From: a virus
IMG/VR virus record: IMGVR_UViG_3300042731_004976
Span: 1 to 64,000 of that record
Reading direction: 5' to 3' (one strand)
DNA length: 64,000 nucleotides
A program made the position numbers and the translations under genes. Position 1 is the first letter of the stretch; every line of letters begins with the position of its first letter. Below, piece by piece: positions 10,398-17,699 of this stretch. Below the pieces are notes generated by a model that worked only from the letters and a program-made list of their open reading frames with translations, did no database searches and was not told the DNA's origin.

Positions 10398-10503
10398 CCC
10401 AGACCCAGCCCATTTCGCAGGGATCCTCAGGGTTGAGCCCAGGCCGGCTATCGCGTAGAGTACAGGGGTAAAACTCCCCATCCGGGACGGAGATCCGAAA
10501 GCC

Positions 10504-10962
10504 ATGCCCCAACTGACCGAAGAGATGAAGCGCCTCATGGGAATCGCGCCTGCCGGATTCGGCGGTCCTCCTGTTCTCTTTCAGAAGGGAGAGTTCTCCG
10601 AGGGAGGCAAGGCTCCTGTTCGAGAGGTCAAGGAGTTTTCCCCGTTCAAGCCCGAAGAGCCGGTCGAGCTGCACGAGGGGACGATGCGTCTCTTCAAGTC
10701 CGTCAAGGAGCAGATGGCGGCTCTGGAGCGTGCTAGCAAGCTCGTACAGCGCGTGAATGCCTCCATTCTCAGGGACCGCAAGTCGTCGAACGAGTCCCTC
10801 ATGAACGAGCGCTGTCGGGCGGAGATGTACCGACTCGACCAAGAGGTGGCTACGGCCATGGACTCCATTCGAGCTGCTCAGGAAGCTCTGGAGAGCATCC
10901 AGAAGGAGCAGAAGGTCGCGTCCCGTATGGCTCGGGAAGCCCGTCGGCAAGGTCGTCGCTAG
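10504..10962 (+). CDS. coiled-coil putative internal head protein
   Basis: N-terminal LTEEMKRLMGI motif. Confidence 0.6.
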   Translation: MPQLTEEMKRLMGIAPAGFGGPPVLFQKGEFSEGGKAPVREVKEFSPFKPEEPVELHEGTMRLFKSVKEQMAALERASKLVQRVNASILRDRKSSNESLMNERCRAEMYRLDQEVATAMDSIRAAQEALESIQKEQKVASRMAREARRQGRR

Positions 10963-10986
10963 ACCCGATGCGTCCATATGGACGCA
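10963..10986. repeat. palindromic element, copy 1
   Basis: ACCCGATGCGTCCATATGGACGCA, identical to 56337-56360. Confidence 0.85.
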
Positions 10987-10989
10987 CTC

Positions 10990-11018
10990 TTGACCATCCT
11001 GCGGCTATCGCATAGCAT
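10990..11018 (+). promoter_or_regulatory. sigma70-like promoter (leaderless)
   Basis: TTGACC-17-TAGCAT; GTG 6 nt later. Confidence 0.65.
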
Positions 11019-11024
11019 GCCGAA

Positions 11025-11405
11025 GTGTCTGGTTCCTTCGGCGCTCCCGCGTCGTACGTCTACTACGAATCGAGGGAGGCGTTGCCCTCCTGCGCATTCT
11101 GCGAGGGGGAGGGTCAGATCGACGGGCCGTTTCCCCTTCCATGTCCGAAGTGCTTCGGGGGTAAGAAAGACATCGAAGCGCTTCGGATGTACCGAGGTCG
11201 GGGCGTGGTGCGCCGTATGGGCTTGATAGGGGAAGCGAATATTCCGGACGACGTCGAGGTTCTAGAGGAGCAGATCCAAGTCCGAGAGAAGCTCAAGTCT
11301 CAGATGGTGGGCTGGCTCTATCCTTCCGTGTTGACGGACGAGATCGCGAGACTTCGCGAGCGTAGGTTTCGCCTGTTGGAGCAGGCGCGCTTCCGCTCCT
11401 CTTGA
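11025..11405 (+). CDS. DnaJ-type Zn-finger-containing small protein
   Basis: CAFCEGEG...CPKCFGG. Confidence 0.55.
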   Translation: MSGSFGAPASYVYYESREALPSCAFCEGEGQIDGPFPLPCPKCFGGKKDIEALRMYRGRGVVRRMGLIGEANIPDDVEVLEEQIQVREKLKSQMVGWLYPSVLTDEIARLRERRFRLLEQARFRSS

Positions 11406-11443
11406 TCGTCTCTGTTCGGAGTCTCTCGGAAATACACAGGGTC

Positions 11444-11472
11444 TTGACAATCCCTATTCAATAGGGTATGGT
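11444..11472 (+). promoter_or_regulatory. sigma70-like promoter
   Basis: TTGACA-17-TATGGT. Confidence 0.75.
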
Positions 11473-11480
11473 GTAGGGCA

Positions 11481-11777
11481 ATGGAACGCAAAGAAATGCA
11501 GTCGTTTGTCGGCAAGGTTTTGGTGGATGCCTTCAAAGAGGCCAACGTCGTCATGGACGTGGATCACTCCCGGAGGTTGATCCGCGTGCTTCTTCGTGCG
11601 GCGGCTCGCTTGAGCATTGCGTACGGTGTACCGCTTCCTGCACTCGTCGCCGCAGCTACTGCGGAAGCGATGAAAGAGGGGCACACGCAGAACCCGGCGA
11701 TCGTTCCCACACCTGTGCTTCCCAACGAGCCTCATCTGCATCTCGTTCCTGAGAAGGATCCCGACGAGTTGAACTGA
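11481..11777 (+). CDS. hypothetical protein
   Basis: Follows promoter. Confidence 0.6.
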   Translation: MERKEMQSFVGKVLVDAFKEANVVMDVDHSRRLIRVLLRAAARLSIAYGVPLPALVAAATAEAMKEGHTQNPAIVPTPVLPNEPHLHLVPEKDPDELN

Positions 11778-11786
11778 GGGGGCGCC

Positions 11787-14783
11787 TTGGCGGGTAAGAT
11801 CCAAATGAGCTTCGAGGCGTTCAAGAACGCACCGAAGCTCTCTAGCGACAAGCCGGAACCATTCGCGTTCAAATCGAAGCCTCCCTTCAAACCTCTTTGG
11901 GAAGTGCAGAAGGCGGACGGTACGGTCCTTTGGACGTTCGCCTCTCAAGCGGAGGCTACGGCCAAGGCGCAGACGATCATGAACTCGTCCGGAGAATACG
12001 TCATGGTCGTTGCTCAACAGGCTACAACCAAGAAACAGACCCCTGTTGAACAAGAGGCGGCTGTTGGAGAGGTGCTCGCAAACGCACTCGAATGGAAAGA
12101 CATCGAGGCCAAAGCGAGCGAGGACTCCGAGCTGGACGCTGACGACAACTTCTCAGAGCTAGCAAAGGGTCTCCTGTCCGACGAGGAGGACTTCGGCGAA
12201 GACACGCCCGAACTCGTTGAGTCGCAGGACCCGGAGGCGGAGCAGATCGCGTTAGCTGCCTTGCAGAAAGAAGAGGAGGAAGCCGAGAGCGACGTCGATG
12301 AAGCGATTCAGACATTGAACAGCCTGACCGCCGACGATGACGATGAGGAAGAAGAATCGAGTGACGTCGATCCCTTCTCTAAAGACGACGCAGATGCGTA
12401 TCCCGAACCAGATCCTCCCGTTCTCTACATGGAGGAGTCCGTAACTTACTGGAGCGTCAAGACTTACTACGAAGGCGCCCTAACGATTTGCTCTGTCTAC
12501 TTTGCGGAGGGTTTGGAGGGAGAGCCGCTTTTCGATCTCGTGAAGCCGTTCGGCTTCGTTGCGCGAGAGCATCCGGTAGCCGAGGATCCTCCGTTCACCG
12601 TGCAGCTAGATGGTATCTATCCGAAAGCCGGGCAGTGCCTCGCTCAAATCTTGGATGCAGAGGAAGGAGGGCTCCTCGTACATCTCGATTCCCTGCTGGT
12701 AGGCGACTTCGAGCTTTGGAAGCAGGATCACGTTCTGGATCTCGATGCTGGCACCGCGTCGGTCTCGCTTACGTTCAACTTGCCCGATAGCTGGTCCTGC
12801 GAAACCGCGGAGGCGGCGGCCAAGTCCCTGTCCTGGATGCCCGAGGGTACGCAGGTATCGATCGAGTCAGAACCTCTCAACAACTCCGAGTCACATCGTC
12901 TCGTCGTTCTGTTGCCTGACTTGGAGACAGGTGTTGCTCCAACGATCACGAGTTCGTTGAAAGGGTTTGCTGCACAACTCAAGAAAGGGAAAGTCAAGTA
13001 CCTCGCCGACGAGTGGAAGAAAAAGGCATTCTCCTCTGTCTCCTTTCCCGGATCGATTCTTTCGGCCGTCATGTCGGGAACGCCGTTGAAGGACGCGCTA
13101 CCTGTACAGGTCTCACTCAAACAACTGAACGATGAGCTGGTTTCGTTGGGATTGCCTCAGCTCCAAGAGGACGGGCAGCTGATCATTGGTGGGGAGACCT
13201 ACACGGTCGTTCCGACTGGAGCGAACCATCAGGTCTTTGCGAAGCCTGCCGGGGAGCCCCTCGCGTACATAGCCGGAGTCGACTACTCCCACAGTCCTGG
13301 CACGGGGACTACGACACAGATCCACGTTCAGGTGTCGGCACCAGGGCTGCTCCCGGCTTTCATGCAGCGCATCCACGCTGACTGGGGTACCGAGGTAATA
13401 GCCGCGGACGCTGAAACGGGAACCAACCATATCAACATAGAGGTAGTCGGGCTCTGGCACGAGCACGAAATCAAGGCGAAGCTGAATCGGTGGGTTTCGG
13501 AGATCCTAGACGAGGTTGATTCCGTAGGGTCCTCGGCTTCGGCCTTAGTACACGATCAAGTCCTCAAAGACATGATCGAGGCTCGGAAGCAAGCACTTCA
13601 GACCATGCTCCTTCCCAAGGGCGTGATGACCAAGTCGTTACTTCTCTCTGAGAAACCAGCCGAGGTCGTTACCAAGTCCAAGAAGAAGTCGGGAGATACC
13701 GTGGCGGAGATCGATATCGCTCCGGCTACGCCCGCGGAGAGTATCGATTTCGAGCTAGAGCTAGCCAAAAAGCCCTCGCCCAAAGAGATCGAGTCTGGGT
13801 TGAAGAAAGCCCTAGGCGAATACGTGTCCGAGGACACGGAGTACTTCAACAAGAAGCTATACGACGCTCTCGGGTTGGCTCCTGGAGGCGAGAACCTGAA
13901 GCACGAGCCTCTTGCAACGGTACGCCTCCATCTCCTACCGACCCCAACGGAGTCCTCCGACTTGGTGTTCTCTTTGGGCTCGGGTCCGAACTCCGACGAG
14001 GACGACGAGCACCCTAGGACGATCGTAGTCGGTGACTTGCATGGGTGTATCGATGAGCTGTACGAGCTGTTGAACGACGTCGGATTCAACCCTGGAATGG
14101 ATCGTCTCATCAGCGTGGGCGACGTCCTAGATCGCGGCCCGAACCCTATCGGCGTTCTGCGCCTCTTCCAAGGACTGGGAGCAGAAGTCGTTCGAGGCAA
14201 CCACGAGGATAAGTACCTCCGCTACTGGAAGCACCTAAAGAAACCAAAGAAGTACCCCAAACCCCACATGACCGCTCGCCACATGGCGATGTTCAAGCAA
14301 CTCACGTTCGAGGACTTCGAGTTCATGGAAACGTGGCCTACGATGATCGACCTCGGCAAGTTCGATCACGTGCACGGGCGCTTCGTTGTTGTTCACGCGG
14401 GGATGGAGCCCGCGTTGCCCGTCAAGGACCAGAACCCGAAACACCTCATGAATACGCGCTGGGTTGACTCCGCAGGTCACTTCCTTGCATGCGAACCAGG
14501 CACGCTCGAAAAGCCCGAAGGAGGAATTCGCTGGACTGCGAAATGGCTTCGAAAGGAGAACGTGATCTACGGACACTCCGTGCGTAGTCTCGAAGATGTC
14601 GTCATCGAGCAAGTCCAGATGAAATCCAAGAGCAACGCCGATGTTTGTGGAACTACGTACGGTCTCGACACCGGCTGCGTCTACGGCGGTAGGCTGTCTG
14701 CTCTCATCCTTCCGGACATGAAAGTGGTCCAAGTACAAGCGCAGAAGCAGTACGTTGCTCCGATCCTGGACCTCGCGGGTTGA
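11787..14783 (+). CDS. large multidomain protein with C-terminal calcineurin-like metallophosphoesterase (PPP/ApaH/PrpE-like)
   Basis: GDLHG, GDVLDRG, RGNHE, VHAG, YGH, LDTGCVYGGRLSAL motifs; long acidic N-terminal part. Confidence 0.85.
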   Translation: MAGKIQMSFEAFKNAPKLSSDKPEPFAFKSKPPFKPLWEVQKADGTVLWTFASQAEATAKAQTIMNSSGEYVMVVAQQATTKKQTPVEQEAAVGEVLANALEWKDIEAKASEDSELDADDNFSELAKGLLSDEEDFGEDTPELVESQDPEAEQIALAALQKEEEEAESDVDEAIQTLNSLTADDDDEEEESSDVDPFSKDDADAYPEPDPPVLYMEESVTYWSVKTYYEGALTICSVYFAEGLEGEPLFDLVKPFGFVAREHPVAEDPPFTVQLDGIYPKAGQCLAQILDAEEGGLLVHLDSLLVGDFELWKQDHVLDLDAGTASVSLTFNLPDSWSCETAEAAAKSLSWMPEGTQVSIESEPLNNSESHRLVVLLPDLETGVAPTITSSLKGFAAQLKKGKVKYLADEWKKKAFSSVSFPGSILSAVMSGTPLKDALPVQVSLKQLNDELVSLGLPQLQEDGQLIIGGETYTVVPTGANHQVFAKPAGEPLAYIAGVDYSHSPGTGTTTQIHVQVSAPGLLPAFMQRIHADWGTEVIAADAETGTNHINIEVVGLWHEHEIKAKLNRWVSEILDEVDSVGSSASALVHDQVLKDMIEARKQALQTMLLPKGVMTKSLLLSEKPAEVVTKSKKKSGDTVAEIDIAPATPAESIDFELELAKKPSPKEIESGLKKALGEYVSEDTEYFNKKLYDALGLAPGGENLKHEPLATVRLHLLPTPTESSDLVFSLGSGPNSDEDDEHPRTIVVGDLHGCIDELYELLNDVGFNPGMDRLISVGDVLDRGPNPIGVLRLFQGLGAEVVRGNHEDKYLRYWKHLKKPKKYPKPHMTARHMAMFKQLTFEDFEFMETWPTMIDLGKFDHVHGRFVVVHAGMEPALPVKDQNPKHLMNTRWVDSAGHFLACEPGTLEKPEGGIRWTAKWLRKENVIYGHSVRSLEDVVIEQVQMKSKSNADVCGTTYGLDTGCVYGGRLSALILPDMKVVQVQAQKQYVAPILDLAG

Positions 14784-14808
14784 CTATCGCAACCCCATAC
14801 GATAAAGT
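14780..14808 (+). promoter_or_regulatory. sigma70-like promoter overlapping upstream stop codon
   Basis: TTGACT-17-TAAAGT. Confidence 0.7.
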
Positions 14809-14817
14809 TCGATCTCT

Positions 14818-15114
14818 ATGATTCGTCTCCCTCTCCTTCCTGGAGACCTCGTTGTTCTCGAAGCAGCTCTCTGCGCATACGTCGAGAAGGCGCCGGACAG
14901 GCTGCGTGGTCAAGGCGAGCGCTTGCTAGAGCACGTACGCTCACAGAAGGAAACGGAATCTCCTGTCCTAGGCAACGTGGACTATTCGGCATTGGAAGCT
15001 CGTATGCTGGCGCGTGTCCTGGCTGGGGCTTTGGCCTCTCACCAAGAGGCTATGCAGAGCGAAAGCCCGACCGGACGCCTTCCGAAGGAAGCAGGCGCAC
15101 GTGGACGAGAATAA
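14818..15114 (+). CDS. small protein carrying PolA motif-A-like and TGRL peptides
   Basis: DYSALEARMLA and SPTGRL. Confidence 0.6.
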   Translation: MIRLPLLPGDLVVLEAALCAYVEKAPDRLRGQGERLLEHVRSQKETESPVLGNVDYSALEARMLARVLAGALASHQEAMQSESPTGRLPKEAGARGRE

Positions 15115-15370
15115 GCTCCGGATCCTTCGGAAGGTCGGGTACCGCTTCCCGCCCACCTGTGGCCGCTGCAAGCACGGGATCTTTCCTCAAAACCAGTGGG
15201 GGACCTGCGGAATCCACAAGTACGAGCACCAGAAGCATACCGGCCCGGCCAGGGCTCTGAGCATCCACATGCTTGGGAGCTGTCCTCAGTTCGAGTCCCA
15301 GGGCGTATCCCTGGGGGCTTACCAGGAGTTCCTCCAGGAGGGGATCAAAAAAGATCCGATCTCCTCTTGA
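15101..15370 (+). CDS. Cys/His-rich small protein
   Basis: CGRCKH..C..H..C; start uncertain. Confidence 0.5.
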   Translation: MDENKLRILRKVGYRFPPTCGRCKHGIFPQNQWGTCGIHKYEHQKHTGPARALSIHMLGSCPQFESQGVSLGAYQEFLQEGIKKDPISS

Positions 15371-15395
15371 CCATGCCGTTCTTATGCGATAAGGT
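15367..15395 (+). promoter_or_regulatory. sigma70-like promoter (leaderless)
   Basis: TTGACC-17-TAAGGT; ATG 6 nt later. Confidence 0.7.
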
Positions 15396-15401
15396 CTAGG
15401 T

Positions 15402-15629
15402 ATGGCATTCAGAGATGGTACTCACCTCAAGTTCTCCGATCACGCCGCTTCGGCGCAGATCGTCGCTCTTTTGGAAGAGGGTCCTCGAACGGCGCGCACT
15501 GTTGCTCAGGCATGCGGTATCCACAGCGGCTATGCCCTGTCCTTGCTTCTTCTGGCAGCTTCCGAGGGCGTTGCTTGTCCTAGGCGCTCTTCAACGGGGT
15601 CCCTCTGCTTCCGTTTGAGGGCGTCGTGA
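15402..15629 (+). CDS. small winged-helix-like protein
   Basis: IVALLEEGPRTARTVAQACGI wHTH pattern. Confidence 0.55.
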   Translation: MAFRDGTHLKFSDHAASAQIVALLEEGPRTARTVAQACGIHSGYALSLLLLAASEGVACPRRSSTGSLCFRLRAS

Positions 15630-15735
15630 AGAGGATTGTGCGTCGAATACGTGTCGACGACACGCTCAACGAACGGTCCGCACACCGAAAAGTGTCTACG
15701 GTCTGGATGGATCTCTTACGACAAGGCGTTTTCCG

Positions 15736-16200
15736 ATGCCTAAGTACCTGATCTACGACAAGGCCCAGCAGCTGTACGTCGGCGGGGTTCAAGCCTCGCG
15801 CAGAGTCGCTGAAGAGGTCTCGAAAGAGTTCGGAACCTCCACGTGTGTGGAGACTGCGACCCAAGCTCGCGGTTCGTTCAACAACGACGAGAACGAACTG
15901 TTCTGGATGAACCACACGCAATTCGGCGTGAAGTACAAGTGCAAGGTTTGCTTGAAGGAGCACCTCGGTCGTAGCTACAAGCACGGGCACTGGCCCCGCT
16001 GTCCCCTCGCGGAAGAGCAGAGCAGCAGCCCTCCGGTAGCCAAGCCCATGCCTCTGCGTTCCGCACGGGAGCGTGTAGCTCCCGCCCAGGAGTCTCTGAC
16101 GGACCAGATGCGCCGGGTGCTCTCATGGGCGAACCGCAGCGGTCTCTACGACGCCGCAGACTGGATTCACACCCGATGGAGCGAAGCCGGTGGTCGCTAA
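15736..16200 (+). CDS. hypothetical protein
   Basis: Tiling; CxxC..H..C. Confidence 0.55.
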   Translation: MPKYLIYDKAQQLYVGGVQASRRVAEEVSKEFGTSTCVETATQARGSFNNDENELFWMNHTQFGVKYKCKVCLKEHLGRSYKHGHWPRCPLAEEQSSSPPVAKPMPLRSARERVAPAQESLTDQMRRVLSWANRSGLYDAADWIHTRWSEAGGR

Positions 16201-16510
16201 CCCTGTACCCGAGGAGTGGAGTCAGCGTGCTCCCCGTCTGCGTACCATCGCAACGTGGATCAACGAGCGCACGCGCATGAAGGCCGAGGTGGAGCGGAGC
16301 TTCACGAGCACCGATCGACAGATCCCAGGAACCCGCCTTCGCCATGTAGGGAAGGGACGTTCGGGCAACAGACTGATCGTTCGAGACCTCGGGGCTGAGG
16401 TTCTTCGTCACGACTCCTCCGGAACGTATCGCCAGAACAGTGAAGTGGTGTGGTGGCTGCGCGGCTACCTCGCGAAGAACCCAAAAGCCGTGAAGCAGCG
16501 ATCAGCCTAA
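16190..16510 (+). CDS. hypothetical protein
   Basis: Tiling. Confidence 0.55.
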   Translation: MVANPVPEEWSQRAPRLRTIATWINERTRMKAEVERSFTSTDRQIPGTRLRHVGKGRSGNRLIVRDLGAEVLRHDSSGTYRQNSEVVWWLRGYLAKNPKAVKQRSA

Positions 16511-16582
16511 ATACGGTCGCATCCCCTTCCAGATGCGAAGAAAACCCTAGCAAAGACGACTACATAACCCCGATCTTTCCCG

Positions 16583-16611
16583 TTGACATTGGAGATCCTT
16601 GCGGTTACTCT
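16583..16611 (+). promoter_or_regulatory. sigma70-like promoter
   Basis: TTGACA-17-TACTCT. Confidence 0.65.
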
Positions 16612-16671
16612 ACTTCTGAGGTAAGTGCTCGATCTCGGTAGAACCCAAGGGTCCGAAGGAGCTGAAAAGAG

Positions 16672-17685
16672 ATGATCCGAGAGACAACGAAGCGTCAAGT
16701 AGAACCCGAGGGAGGTTTCTACCGCGAGGTGACGATCGCCCTGGAGCAACACTTTCACGACAACACGAAGAAGCCGATCAAGACCGTCGAGAAGGGTCGG
16801 ACGCCCGGCCGACTTTTTCGCAAAGCGAACCCTGGTGAGACGCCCAGCACTCAGCTAATGGACGCATCTTCCTTCGACGTTCTGGCCCTGGTCGAAGTAG
16901 AAGAGCAACCCCAACCCAAGACTGCGGCCAAGGCGAAAGCCAAAGCCAAGGAACCACAACCACAACAACCGGACGCCGAAGAGGAAGAAGCCGACGCAGA
17001 GGAAGGGGCTGACGAAGCCCTTGCGGAAGCAGAAGCCTCCGAGGACACAGAAGACGAATCGACACCCGAGGACGACACATCGGACGAGGACGAGCCCGAA
17101 GCTGCTGAGGAAGCCGAGGAAGCCGACGAAGAGTCGGAAGAGCCGGAGGCAGACGAGGACGAGACTGCGGACGAGTCGGACGAAGAAGACGAGGAGTCGG
17201 ACGATACAACGGACGCAGGAACAGACAACGAGGACGACATGGCCAAGAAGAAGACCAAGAAGACCACCAAGAAGACCACCAAGAAGGCAGCAGCCAAGAA
17301 GAAGGCAGCTCCGAAGAAGGCCGCCAAGAAGAAGGCTGCGCCCAAGAAGGCAGCCAAGAAGGCAGCCAAGAAGGCAGCCAAGAAGGCAAGCGCCTCGGGC
17401 GAGGCCGCGTTGAGCGGACAGTCCGGACCTCCGGTGGACCTCTCGAAGAAGAAGGTCAACCCGAAGGAGAAGAAGGTGATGGAGGCTCTCAACCACGGCA
17501 AGGGTCCGCAGAAGATCCTCGACATCGGTTCGGACGCCTTCAAGAGTGCCACCAAGGCTCAGCAGAACTCGTGGACACGAAACAGCCTCCGTCGGCTGGT
17601 GCGCGGTGGGCTCGTCGAGCAGGTTGCCCGGGGAACCTACAAGCTCACGGACAAGGGCAAGAAGTTCAAGCCGGCTGACGCCTGA
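16672..17685 (+). CDS. histone H1-like DNA-binding protein (acidic tract + KKAA repeats + winged helix)
   Basis: D/E tract, KKAA/KKTT/PKK repeats, C-terminal RNSLRRLVRGGLVEQVARGTYKLT. Confidence 0.75.
   Translation: MIRETTKRQVEPEGGFYREVTIALEQHFHDNTKKPIKTVEKGRTPGRLFRKANPGETPSTQLMDASSFDVLALVEVEEQPQPKTAAKAKAKAKEPQPQQPDAEEEEADAEEGADEALAEAEASEDTEDESTPEDDTSDEDEPEAAEEAEEADEESEEPEADEDETADESDEEDEESDDTTDAGTDNEDDMAKKKTKKTTKKTTKKAAAKKKAAPKKAAKKKAAPKKAAKKAAKKAAKKASASGEAALSGQSGPPVDLSKKKVNPKEKKVMEALNHGKGPQKILDIGSDAFKSATKAQQNSWTRNSLRRLVRGGLVEQVARGTYKLTDKGKKFKPADA
17242..17390 (+). repeat. coding tandem repeats (AAGAAGGCAGCC-like)
   Basis: Repeated 12-nt units encoding KKAA/KKTT. Confidence 0.85.
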
Positions 17686-17699
17686 ATCTCGGTACTCGA

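Noticed and set aside
13266-13289. YIAGVDYS as a stand-alone terminase mimic
   Set aside because: Too short to support alone; mentioned only as a weak case under the decoy hypothesis.
17242-17390. Tandem repeats as a possible CRISPR array or VNTR
   Set aside because: No spacers; the repeats simply encode KKAA/KKTT.
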